DNA of 63,093 bases, filler included, from Reticulomyxa filosa (lineage: Eukaryota; Protista; Foraminifera): NCBI GenBank assembly GCA_000512085.1. It is 17 parts of 17 records of this genome, joined end to end, with 100 filler letters (N's around TTAATTAATTAA, not from the genome) between each part and the next. Parts side by side here need not be neighbours in the genome. Positions count along the whole stretch, not along the records: positions 1 to 3,457 come from ASPP01010635.1; positions 3,558 to 7,335 come from ASPP01008938.1; positions 7,436 to 13,702 come from ASPP01014806.1; 14 more parts are not named here. One strand, 5' to 3'. A program made the position numbers and the translations under genes. The notes beneath the pieces are model-generated. The model ran no database searches. It saw only the letters and a list, made by a program, of their open reading frames with translations, and was not told where the DNA came from. Numbering within the stretch: position 1 is the first letter of the stretch; every line of letters begins with the position of its first letter. Shown in pieces: positions 1 to 12,413 of the stretch.

Positions 1-2
1 CA

Positions 3-1695
3 GCAGCATCGACGCAACCACTGATTCAAATTAGCCCAACAGTAATATTAGCATACTTGGAATCCACTCTGAAAGTGGACGTGCCAATCCGGATCCTGTA
101 CTTGGACTTTCTGATCCACGAGCGAGGCAAGACGTCGTCATTGCTGCACGACGAGTACGTGAAGCTGTACTTGATCGAGATTCAGCAGGCGATGCAACTT
201 GAGGAGACGAGCACGGCAGAGTGTCGAGCAAAATACGGATATGCGAAGAACGACTTTGTGGAATTGACGGGGGACTTTGCGTTCAACACCCAGCTCATCG
301 CCACAAAGGGCACTTTGGGCGTGGTGCGCGAAGTGAAGGATCACTATGGGAATCCCATAGTGGACGTGGCATTCCCAGAATTGGGACGAAGTTGTGACGT
401 GCAGAAGCGAATGGTGGTGCGTTCGGAAGTGAAGCGTCAGCTCCCTCCCGAATTGCAAGGCGGTCATGTGGGCGTGTTGCGTACAAAGTTGATTCAGTTT
501 TTGAAGACATCGAAGCATTACAATCCCAAGACCACGTTGGATCTGTTCAAAGATTGTCGCGACACATTGTTGGAGGAGCAAGTGTGGATTCGAGCTCGCA
601 TCCCACAGCACGACCGAGCATTGGAAATTATCTTGTTCCGCTTGGAAGATCCTGCCATGGCCGACATGTACTGTGATCTGGTGTGGACCAGATTGGAAAG
701 CAAGATTGTTGAGGAGGCCAAAGTCATTGCGCGCGATTTGATGATGCTATCCAATGTCTCTTCCACTAATCCTACTGGCGCCACTGCTGGCTCCTCGTCT
801 GTGTTTGAGGCCAAACAAAACTCATACTTTGGTGTTGGTTCGCTGCGCAAAGATAGTGAAGTCTCGTTGAGTACTGGCATGCGTTCTACCATACCTGTCT
901 CCGACAATAAGGACGATTACAACTTTGATGCCGATAGTGCCTATTACGGCTCTCACATGGCCGCCTTTGGTGGACTGCTTGACGAAGACAAACTCAAACG
1001 CGATGGCGCGCTTGACTCGGCCTCTTCCAAGGCCTTGCTTGCCGAAATTATGCAGACCATGAGTCCTGAACTTCGCCAAAAAGCTCTATCCCATCTGCTC
1101 GTCGAAAATGAAAATGCTGCCGCTTATCGCATTTACGAAACTTTATTCGATGTTTATTTAAATGCAAAACCTCTCAATATGTGTCGGCTCACCAATGAGG
1201 CTTTACAATTGCTCACCAAATATCACACTCGTGTCAACACGGAGGCCATCATTGGCAAACTCCCTGCTTCCTTGCCCGTCAAGTTTTGCAAACCTTATTT
1301 GAAAGTTATCTTGAAAACGCTCAGCGAAAAAAAACGTGATTATCAAATCGTCAACAATCTCCTCAAACACACTCAACTTCGCTTGCAACTCAAGAAAATC
1401 AAAATCGAAAGCGATTTCCAATGGGTCACTGAAAACACTGTTTGCAAAAAGTGCGAAAAGTGGATCGGACAAGCTGCTTTCCTCAGATTTCCAAACGGTA
1501 ACAATTAACTTTGCTTTGCATATACGTATACATATATACATATAGATACACATATATATGTACAGATGTTTAATCTAGTTTTGTTTTTTTTTTTTTTTGT
1601 GAATTGCTTTAGGTAATGTTTATCATTTTGTATGTGTCAATTCCAAACATGTTGACCCGATCACAATGAGACGATTTAGCGCTGATGACATATGA
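3..1695 (+). CDS. Vps39/Vam6/TGFBRAP1-like vacuolar sorting protein, 5'-truncated; exons 3-1497 and 1613-1695
   Basis: The frame is open from the contig start. It carries clathrin-repeat-like segments (LLEEQVWIRARIPQHDRALEIILFRLEDPAMADMYC) and a C-terminal Vps39_2/RING-like region. Removing the GT-AG intron 1498-1612 gives CKKCEKWIGQAAFLRFPNG|NVYHFVC..., with stop TGA at 1693-1695. Confidence 0.8.
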
Positions 1696-2488
1696 TCTAC
1701 CTGTGTGTCCAAATCCAAATGTTCACTTACTTCTTTATTTGCATTTTCTTTTAAGTCAAAAGGCCCTTTTTTCATGTTTTATGCGATGCTTTTCAAAACT
1801 TGTCTCCACAATTCTTGCATCGAAAGTTGATGTATTTTGCTGTTTTTTTTCGTAGTAAGTATTACAATTAAAAACTAAATTTTTTGTTAATCTTTTCAAT
1901 CATCAAACAATTTCATTCTTTTACATATTGTCAGTCCAATAAACAGCAGTCAATATAACACTCATTTTTCATTTTTACTTTTTGCGTGCTATTGACCAAA
2001 AATTTGAAGAAAGAACAACATTTGTTGTTGTAACGTCAACGTCAATTTGACTATTAATAGTAGTACCAATAAAAGTTATTTTTTGCATTTTTTTTTTTAT
2101 TAATTGTCGACAGTTTCCGTTGATATGGAGTACTGTGCTTTCAGCTCCAAGATCTCGTCATTGACGTAGTGAAGTGGCCAACCATTACAGACAAAGAGCG
2201 CGAAAAAAATGGGACTGGCTTGTCCCCGTCGAAACAAAATAAATTGACGATTTTTACACTGTCACTTTGAATAATAATTCATAGAAGTTTCGTAATGCAA
2301 TTAATTTGTTTGTAATACAGCAATAAAAGATTGATTCAATACAATATGTTTGGTTGTTTCAAGACAAGAAAACAACAAAAAAGTTTTTTGGCATAATTCA
2401 AATTAACTTGCAGTAACAAAGGTCAACCAAAGAGGCCTGTTCTTACTGTGTCCCTCTCCTAAACTTACGATTTGGTAAGTATCACCAA

Positions 2489-3363
2489 ATGAGTGCAGTC
2501 CTTACGGTGTTATGGTCGGCCTTGCTTGGCTGTGGTTATTCTTTTTCAACGACCCGACCAAATTTTATTTTCCTCTTGACTGATGATCAAGACTTGACTT
2601 TGGGAAGTATTGACGTGATGCCAAACTTGCATCAACTGGTAATTCATGAGGGCATTACATTCAACAATGCATTTGTGGCAACACCAATCTGTTGTCCGAG
2701 CCGTACAGAGACAATGAGTGGTAAATATTTCCACAACGTCGCTCAGCCCGAAGGTGGATGTATGCACGCGTCGGCGATAAACTTTACATTTGCAAACTAT
2801 TCAATGTTTCCATTATTCCAAAGCAATGGCTATCAGACCGCAATGTTTGGCAAGCTGCACAACGACGTGTCTTTCTGGTGTGGCACAAGCCCTCCTATTG
2901 TGCATGGATTCGATCGTATTTTTGCATTTTGTAATCAGCCCAACTTTTACGATCCAATGTTTTGTGACTCTTATTATGTTCCTTCCCCCTTTTTTTTTTT
3001 TTAAAAAAAAAAAAAAAAGAAAGAAAACTCTATTAAAGAAGTTGGAATACGTATACGTTAGCCTAAAACGAAAGGGGGGCTCATAGAACAACATATTTGT
3101 ACACGAGTACGTCCATAAACATACATCTTGCACTTTGCACTTTTTTTTTATTACAAAAAAAAAAAAAATAATAATAATAATAAAAAATGAAAGGTATTTG
3201 GACAAGTATCCAAATGGGACATACCAACTAACCAATTATACACTCTCGCCTTCTTTGTATCAAACATCGATGATTGGCAACGCCACACTTGCATGGCTGG
3301 AATCGTTGGCAGACGTTGATGCGCCATTTCTTGCTTGGATTGGACCTCATGCACCGCATTATG
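2489..3363 (+). CDS. Secreted/lysosomal sulfatase (N-acetylglucosamine-6-sulfatase-like), 3'-truncated; probable intron 2959-3193
   Basis: Hydrophobic signal peptide, RPNFIFLLTDDQD, the formylglycine motif CCPSR..MSGKY, GYQTAMFGK and a second exon with PFLAWIGPHAPH. Confidence 0.88.
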
Positions 3364-3457
3364 GTTTGTTTATTTATTTATTTATTTTTTTTTCATTTTG
3401 CTTTGTTTGAGATTTTCATATTGTCGACAGAATATTTCTTTTTTTTTTTTTTTAATT

Positions 3458-3557
3458 NNNNNNNNNNNNNNNNNNNNNNNNNNNNNNNNNNNNNNNNNNN
3501 NTTAATTAATTAANNNNNNNNNNNNNNNNNNNNNNNNNNNNNNNNNNNNNNNNNNNN
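3458..3557. other. Artificial contig spacer N44-TTAATTAATTAA-N44 (first of 16)
   Basis: Identical 100-nt spacers with stops in all six frames start at 3458, 7336, 13703, 18697, 25428, 30197, 33220, 35691, 38909, 43996, 47526, 49380, 53747, 56839, 59223 and 61447. Confidence 0.99.
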
Positions 3558-4390
3558 TTGAGTAAATACTGATATATATAACGAAGTTTTATCTGACGAA
3601 ATCTAAATAGCGTCAATTGCTGTTTAGAAAATAAAGAAAATTGGTTTTTCAGCAAGATAATGCAACATGCTATAAATCGGAAAAAATTATGAAATAGTTA
3701 AACAAAAAAAAGTGAAAACAATGAATTACTGCAAATTCACCTAATTTAAATCCAATTGAAAATCTTTGATTGATAGTCACATTTAATACTACTGAAGATA
3801 TTTTTTTTAAATAAAAAAAAATTTTGATTAAATGTTGTTTTTTCATGGATAAATACAACTATCTCTATAAGGTGGCATTTTAGGTGTAAACTTTCTTTTT
3901 TATCTTACTGTATTTTGGTTTTTAAAACTTGTGAAACAAACATTCAATTTGAGATTTTGTCGAAAAGTCTCTTTTAAGAAGTACATTCATAATAAATTTC
4001 ACGTTAAAATAACAACAATGTATTGCATTTTTGCAAACACTGACAAAGGCTTATTGTTGATCTATTTTAAGATGAATCCAATTGTACTTTGATTTAAATT
4101 CCGTTTGGCATATGACAAGGCAGCTTTTGAATTGGTCTCAAAAAAAGGTGTGACACTTGCCAAAAGTAAAATTTGTTACAACGATGAGCAAAAGACAATG
4201 TTGAAATTTAAAAACGAACGACAAGAAAGAAAATCGTAAAGCTGATGTAAAATGCTGTTCGAATTACCTAGAAACTGATTTCAAAAAAAGAACAAAACAA
4301 AAAAAACAAAATTTTTATTCACAATTTAAGCACCTCCTGAAAGTTTCTCGTTTTACTGGATTTCTTTTCCCTACTCTGCCAATTAATGCG

Positions 4391-7264
4391 TTACACATCT
4401 ACGTTTTGTAAGTTATTATTTGCATTTTCATTGATTGAAGGAAGAGGTGAGTCCGGTGCTGCTGTTCTTACTTTGCGATGAAAGGGTCTGTTATCGCTGC
4501 TGCTTTTGGACAGGTTCGGTAAGTTGATTCCTATTGAATATGTTGGTGTTGTTAATGGAACCACAAACAGCAATAAATATTTGCCAACTTAATAAATAAA
4601 AAAAAAGACATACCATCACTAGGAGAGTGATTATGTTGATCATTTGCTCTCAGTTGATTTTGAGTAGTGGATTTTTTCATAACGCCAGGACCATTGAGTT
4701 TGGGGTTTCCAACAGGGTCTTCATCTTGCCCAAACATATCAAAATCATTGTCCATCTCTTCATTTTCGATGGTGGCAAGTTCTTGCATGGCCCACAAATG
4801 TTTTTCAAACTGTGCATTTTTGATATCTTGAGCAGACGCAGCCAAAATGGAGTGGGATCTGGAGTCCCTCGGTTTTCCCAATTTCATTTCTGAGCGTGGG
4901 TTTCGACTGTGTCGTCCTCCTCCTCCTCCTTTGCCTCCATCCACATTCGAGTCATCGGCAAAGCTTTTCAACGACCTATTGCGTTGTCTACCCCCAAGTA
5001 CTTTCAAATTGGAGTTGCTGTTGGCAGCCAATACATTGCGTGTCGTGTGAGCTTTTTTCGCGGTGCGCAAAAACCCTTCCTTAGCGCCATTACTTTTATC
5101 GTCAGATCGTTTTTCATTGGTTGGTGCTATACTTGCACTGGGTGTGGTCGCTACACTGATGACGGGTGAATTGGTATCGTTCGTACTTTCAAGTGCGCGT
5201 TGGGCTTCCGTTTCTTTTTCTTTTTTAGCCCGCTCTAATTCTTTTTTCATATATTCCAAATTCAGTTTTACATTATTGTTGAACATAACCCCTTCTCGCT
5301 TTTCTGGCAACAACTCTCCCCACAAATCAAACCATGGCTTAATGACGTGGTTAATGAACCCCGTTTGGCTGGCGGGCAAAGTGGTTTGCGTGCGATCAAA
5401 AGCTGAAGTCACTGAGATTCCCAATTTTTTCTCCGCATCGCCTTGAGCATAAAACTCGTCCATCACTCGATTTGCCCATTGTCGATATATACGCAGCGTC
5501 TTTGTGGGATTACTCAAGTCTCCGGTGTGCACGGCCAGCGGAACCACAATTCCTGCCAATTCCGCCTTCTTGTCAAATACACCAGGAGCTTCCGTTGTTG
5601 TTGCTGTTGCTGTTGCTGTTGCTGGTTCGGTTTTCTCTTCTTTCAGTCTGTCCATTCCCACTGGATCACTCTCCACAACGTCTAAAGCCCACTTTTCCAG
5701 ATACCCTCCCTTTTGATGCAGCTCGTCAATCAATTTTGTCAAGGCCGTCATTTGATCCTTGTGTCTACTCATGTCCGTCGCTAAAATGCTTTGAATTAAC
5801 AATTGACGGAATCTTTTGCGTTCAGTCTTGGAACGGCCTTTTATAGTTGTTTGTTTTTGTGATTTAAGCATTGAATATATACATATACACATATATTTAT
5901 ATATTTTGTAATGTATAATTATGGACAGGGAAATACCTTCCAGAATATTACAGCCAGGCTTTTTCATAATCTCCCATGTCTTTGCGGCATGCATGTTTTC
6001 CAAGACGGACTCGTCGTTATATTTGACAGCAATATCCGACTCGATCGCAATTTCAAAGGCATTGTTGTTGCCAGGATGCGCGACATCATGGCAAGCAGCA
6101 CTCACCAGACAGGCGAGGACATCCAAGTTGTTCAGGCCTTCAAATACATGGGCGTGCATAAAGTAGTTGCAGTTGACCAAGACGTCAACACCATGAAGAT
6201 GGTTGTGATACGGATTGTCGCGATAGCTTTCCGTGATTTGCTCGAAAAAGTTGCAAATGTGAGTGACATTCAGCGACAACTCTTCGACCAATTTTCTGCG
6301 CTCGCACAAGGTGCAAAACACGACCGCCATGACAAACTTGCCGCACAACTGGCCTAATCCAAATACATCAAAGTCCCACTCCTCAACTTTTTTGAGCATT
6401 GCCAGCGCATTGCCATTGCTTCGCCAGCGTCTCACTTTTTCTTCCACTTGGATCTCTCGTGTTGTCGCTGTTTAGGACGCCCGTACAAATCAACACCACC
6501 CCCAATCTTATTACATTAAAAAAGAGAAGATATACCATAGCATTGAATATTTCAATAAACACATGGAATATGTTATATATGTACATATATACATATGTAT
6601 ATATAATATGTGGACATATACATATATATATAAATATATAAATATATATATATGCGTGTGTGTGTGTGGCAATCACTCGTCCTAGTGGCATTCGAAACAT
6701 TGCTGATGGATGAACCTTTACGCGAATGATTCTTTCCATCCGCGTGTCGACTAGAAGGTCTTCTGGAATCATTTACTTTGGGCGACTGAGTCGAGTCAGT
6801 TGGCGTCGGCGTGTCTCGATTTTTACTAATGTCTTGAGGAGAGCGGTCTGCCTCTTCACGCTTTGTTTTGGAGGGCGACTTTTCTTCATGCTCAGGCGCC
6901 TTGTTGCTGCTGCGATCTGAAGCTACTGACTCTGTTCGATCCACTTGGCTGTCTGCTTCGGTGCCGACGTCCGTGTCCGAGTCATTGTCATTATCTTCCG
7001 TATTTTCCACTTTGACAAGGTCATTTTTCGTTGGAAAGAACTGCTCTAATACATGCTTCACCACTCCTCGGTCTTCGTCATCGACATTCTCTTCGTCCTG
7101 CATGGCATCGCGCAAGAATTCCTCTCTTTGCTCCGCTGCCATCGAGGCCGCTTGTGACACGCTGCTCACCGCACTCGCTGCCCCTGTGTCATCCAGTCCA
7201 TCTCCAGGTATCAATGGGTACGCAATAATTCCTGGACCAACTGTCGCTCGAGCACGTCCAACGC
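4391..7264 (-). CDS. Class I 3',5'-cyclic nucleotide phosphodiesterase (multi-exon, 5'-truncated)
   Basis: PDEase_I motifs WDFDVF, NPYHNHLHGVDV, HDVAHPGNNN, ESVLENMH, ILATDM, GDLSNP, EFYAQGD and SQTGFI. The ORF track reads through an in-frame 99-nt intron (5838-5936). There is a low-complexity upstream exon at ~6680-7264 and a last exon ending at 4391. Confidence 0.93.
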
Positions 7265-7501
7265 CTTTTTCATATTTTGGTTGTTTGCATAAATGTTAGT
7301 GTTGATTGTACGTAGTATACATATACATATGTATGNNNNNNNNNNNNNNNNNNNNNNNNNNNNNNNNNNNNNNNNNNNNTTAATTAATTAANNNNNNNNN
7401 NNNNNNNNNNNNNNNNNNNNNNNNNNNNNNNNNNNAAAAAAAAAAAAAAAAAAAAAGCCCCTTTTTTTTTTTTTTTTTTGCTTCTTGTGAAAACAATTGA
7501 A

Positions 7502-10035
7502 TTAAACTTTGAGTTGAACCAATTGCTGAGGATGGGTGTATCCTTCGTCAATAAGCAATTGTTTGAATCGATCAGGCAACTTGGAAGTAATGAAAAAGGC
7601 ATCCATTTCCAAGTAGTCCTCATCTTCTTCGTCTTTGCCTTTGGGCACAGGTCGTGGCGACAGATGATGTTCCTGCTCGATGCTGGTTTGTTCGGAGGTA
7701 AAGTCATAGTTTTTGTTGGAGACTTCGTCCTCTTTGCCAGTGGACACATTGACCGCCTCGAATGCGGAGGACTTGTCTTCCAGTTCCTGTCCAGTTGACG
7801 ACTTGGCAGACGCAAAGCCCTTGGATTTATCTTCCGTGTCGACGGAGACGGACAATGTGGCCGACTCGAATTGCGACGCTTTATCTTCTTGCTCTTGTGA
7901 CATTGACAGCGTGGCACTGGAGAATCCTTCGTCCATTTTCTTTTCTTGAGAAAGGGATATCACCTGGCTCTCAAACTTGGTGGACTTGTCTTCTTCATCC
8001 TTTGTGTTGCATTTTATATGGGGGGGGGGGGGGGGGGGTACATACACACACACACATATACATATATATATATATATATATATTACTTTCACAACTGAGT
8101 TACTAACAAAAAAAAAAAAATTCAACACATTCTCAACTTTAGATACTGAGATCTTTTGACTTCCAAAAGAAAAGGACATGTCTTTTTCTTGCTCGACAGA
8201 CAGCTTGCTGCTTTCAAAGGCGTGCACAACCTGCTCGACTCCTTCCGATTTCTTCTCCGAGGTGAAGGAGGCCTGCTTATCTTCCGGATCCACTCCGGTT
8301 GACATCTTCACCATTTCAAACACATTCTCACGCACGTCCACGCCCGTTCGAATGATCTCATCTTTGAATTCCGAGTTGTCCAAAGGCGGTCGCAACAGCA
8401 GCGGCATTTCAAAATATTTTATTTCCATTGCAAACCCGTCTTGTCCTTTTTCATCCCACCAACTGGGAAGCAACCGACGCATCGCCAAATTCTTCCAAAT
8501 TTGGTCTTTTTCTTTTTCTTTTAACCCTTTATTCTCTTGACAGTACTATTTTTTATTGTTTATTTTTTTTGTAAAGATTGAGTTATTCGCTTTCAAAAAG
8601 TTTATGTGTATGCGAATGGACCATATTTCTAACAAACAAAAAAAAATAGTAAGTAACTTCCAACACTCTCTCGGCATAGACTCTTGGCAAAGGAATGTTG
8701 CGTCTCAGTAGCCATGTGACATAGACATCTCTCCTCGTCAGTGACTTCAAACCGTGTCTCACCATATGATTACAAATTGGAAAGCGGCAATCCACTTCAT
8801 CTTTCAGTACCATATTCCTTTGCATTTGTGTGGATGTATACGTTATGTGTATGTGCATGTATTCAAGTGTGATATAAATATATATACATGCATATGTATA
8901 TAAGTATATGCACATATGTAAATTTTTTTTTTCTTTCCTCTTCTTTTTTTTTTTTTTAAAAAAAAAAAATAATATATATATATATGTATATAAATATATA
9001 TATATGTATATATGTAAATAATTAAATAACTCTTTGTCCCTTTCAAACATGTACACATGATTGATTTTTTTAGTGCTAGAGAAAATAGTCCCCAACACTG
9101 TTGTGAACAAATCTCTCATGTCCTTCAGTACTTTTGTACGCATACGGAGAAACGTTTGTTCTGGCATGGTTCGAAATTGCAGGTGGTAATTGTGTTCCAG
9201 CAATATTATCATACGTGTCAGAAATGAGTCTTTTTGTCCAAATTCTATCAATTCGCGGATCGAGCGGAGATATTTTCTGGCATTTATATGTGTGTATGTA
9301 TGTGTGAAGGGAATTTTTTTTTCATTTTACAAAAAAAAAAAAATGTGATAGTGTATAATAAACTCGATTCTTTGTCTTTGTGCTTTGTCCTTGTCTTGGG
9401 TAAATGGCAACACAATCACATTCATATCCGTTTCAGGCAATGTTGTCATTTTCCAAGGCTTCATCATATCAAACAATTCTAAGAGAATCTGCTCACCATT
9501 GGGTAACGTCTCCGAATGTGTGTAAAAGCGCATATATCTTTCCGATAAGTCTCGAATCATCTTGTTTTACAAACATACAGTTTTTATTCTTTTTTGAAAG
9601 TACCCAATCGATTCAAATTTTGTTATAATAATTTTGTATACATATATGTATACATATATGTATACATATATACATATATATATTATATATATGTATATAT
9701 TAGACATTTTCATCTCAATTTAAATTTTTTTTTTTTTTTTACAAGAAAAATCAACTTACCCATTGCGAAGTCGTTTTTATGTCAATCCAATGTTGAATGT
9801 ACGTATTCCTTAGCTCTACGTCCAATCCAAACACCATTACTCGCAGTAACGGTGCAGACGCGTTCGTTTGGCTCAACCCCTTGTACAACGTGTTGAGGTC
9901 CATCACTGGGATTCCATCTTCCACGGATTCCAATGCCAAATCTGGCCGAGATGCAGCCTTTTCATTCCCCAAATCTGATCTATTCTTCGGATTTCCAGAA
10001 GGAGAAAGAACGCTTGAAGTCTTTTGATGAGACAT
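7502..10035 (-). CDS. Uncharacterised multi-exon protein: degenerate Ras-like N-terminal domain, acidic ~18-aa tandem repeats, SAM-like C-terminal segment; 3'-truncated
   Basis: Higher-GC coding blocks at ~9760-10035, 9365-9600, 9055-9280, 8655-8830, 8140-8530 and 7502-8000 are separated by AT/microsatellite-rich introns. The domain guesses come from motifs only. Confidence 0.6.
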
Positions 10036-10744
10036 TATTATTGTGCTCTCAAAATCCTTCTTGGCTAGTCCCCAGAAGACGGATGTGTTTTTCGTATTTT
10101 GCTTACAAAAAAATGCTATCCGTTTCTTCTTTTATTTTTTACTTTTGTGCAGTTTTATCAAAAGTACGGAAAACCAGATCTCTACGAGGAATGCACAAAT
10201 ACAGTGGCACCACTCTAATTTGTCCTAGCTAAAACTAAACTAAAAACTTTAATGCGTTATCAATGAATTGTGAAATTATTTTGTCACAAAGAAATTTTGT
10301 AAGGAGCACAATCCACTTAATCGAGACATGAAAGCTACCATTAAATGTAAAGCATTATGTATGAAAAGCACTTACTCTATTTTTCGGTTGGCAATTCTCA
10401 AAGATGTTATGTTTATTTTTTGTGACAGCTGTGTTGAGAGAAATGCAATGAAAAGAAAACAAATAAAATTTCGATATTCAGACGCTGCATATTTTTTTTT
10501 TAATATTCGAAATGGAATGATTTCTTTTTTTGAAAACAACAGAACCAAAAAAAAGACAAAACAAGATGAAAAACAAAGAAAGAAGGACAAGTTTTGTAAT
10601 TCACCCTCCCCCCCGCTTGCTCTTCACAATTGAAGATTGGGACATTGACAAGAGTTGTTGAATTTGGAATGAACATGATCCAACAACTTTGACAGAAGAA
10701 TTAGTTAATTATTACATGACAACAAGCAGCCCGTTAACTATCTT

Positions 10745-10805
10745 TCAATTTATCTGGTTCTTTTTCTTCGCGTTTGTCTTTGTTTTTGCTCCACTGGATA
10801 CACAC

Positions 10806-10837
<32 letters not shown>

Positions 10838-12413
10838 GTATATAATAAAAGAAAACCAGCACAAACAAATAGAACAGCGAATGTTTAAATTGAAATGATG
10901 TAAGCATTTATGATGAATATATATATTCAAGACGAAAGAGAAAGAGTACAAAACATAGTCTCGGATAGGCTGAAAATAAGGATGTTCCATGGCTTCTCGA
11001 GGCGTTAGACGTTCTTGGTGATCATAGCGCAACAATCGATCCACCAAGTCCAAGGACTCTTCACAGCAGTACTTTTATTTTCATCGGTGACAAATTTGCT
11101 CCACGGTTTCCGTGCGTATCTTCCCAAGGCACTGTGAATGGAAGAGTTGAGTTTGAGGTCGTATTTATCCAAGTAAGCCAACAGTCCATCTGTGCCCAAC
11201 ACCTTCACGATCTTCACTAATTGGTCGTCGTTGTCTCTGCCTTGGAAAAAGGGCTCCTTTTGGAATATCATCGCCGCAAACATACAGCCCAAGCTCCACA
11301 TGTCCAGGCTATAATCATACATCCGCATATCGACCAGCAGCTCCGGACCTTTGAAAAATCTTGAGGCTACACGGACGTTGTATTCTTGTTTGGGGTGATA
11401 GAATTCGGCCAACCCCCAGTCGATTAGTCGTAGCTTTCTACGGCTGTGGTCTATCATTACGTTGTGAGGTTTCACATCGCGGTGCATTATTCCAAACTAT
11501 GGCAATAGTCCAACGCCTTCGAGCGACATTAAAAGAAAAAAAAAAATTATATACACATATATGTATATATAAATATATATATGTATATGTATTATGTTTG
11601 TATTCAACAGATGTTATCACACTTTGAATATCTTATTACAGTTTATTGACTGATTGGGTGTGTGAGTGATCATCTCCGTTTCTTGATTGGTTTGAAAAAT
11701 GAATATAAATAAATAAATAAATAAATAAAAACTTTGAGAAGCTCGTAGATATAATATCGAATGTCCCAATCGGTTAGAGTGGGATACAAGGTCCTGAAAT
11801 TTAAATTATCGACATATTCAAAGACGAGTGAGGGGACTTTGCTGACAGGATCCTTGACAGTGTCCAAGAGTTGGATAATGTTTGGACCTCCACTCAAATT
11901 TTGCAATATTTTTATTTCACGTTTGATTTTGCTTTTTTTGATCGGTCGCAATATTTTCACGCAGCATGCCTCTTGGGTGTTGCTATTCCACCCTTCAAAC
12001 ACCTCACTGTACTTCCCACGGCCAATTTTTCTCAGTACGTCATATCCATAGGGAGGCTTTTGAAAACGAAACAAGATATATATATATATATATATACACG
12101 ATACGTTTTTCCCATAAACAAGAAAAGTGGCATATTCAATAAATGTGAATGCAAAAGGGGGCGGAAGGAAAGAAAATATGCGAGTGTATATGAGCATATA
12201 TGTTTTCTTATTTGGCATAACATTCCAATCAATGTCAAGATTTTCATAGTCCCAATAATCTCGGGGTCTAGTTGGTTATATATGCGAGGATACAACAGAA
12301 ATTATTACTAACTTTTTTTTTTTTTTTTTTGCAAGGGAATACCTATGAGCATTAACATCTGCATATTCCTTGGCAATAGACGCAACGCTTGGTATGTGCC
12401 TTTTTTTCGACAT
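10745..12413 (-). CDS. CKA1: Casein kinase II catalytic (alpha) subunit, multi-exon; one apparent 1-nt frameshift at a T4 run (11073-11076)
   Basis: [83 protein letters not shown] and [13 protein letters not shown] are diagnostic of CK2 alpha. Confidence 0.96.

Noticed and set aside
6573-6670. YIYIY, poly-K, poly-F and poly-H peptides in many ORFs
   Set aside because: These come from ORFs reading through (AT)n, poly-A/T and (GAT)n intronic microsatellites.
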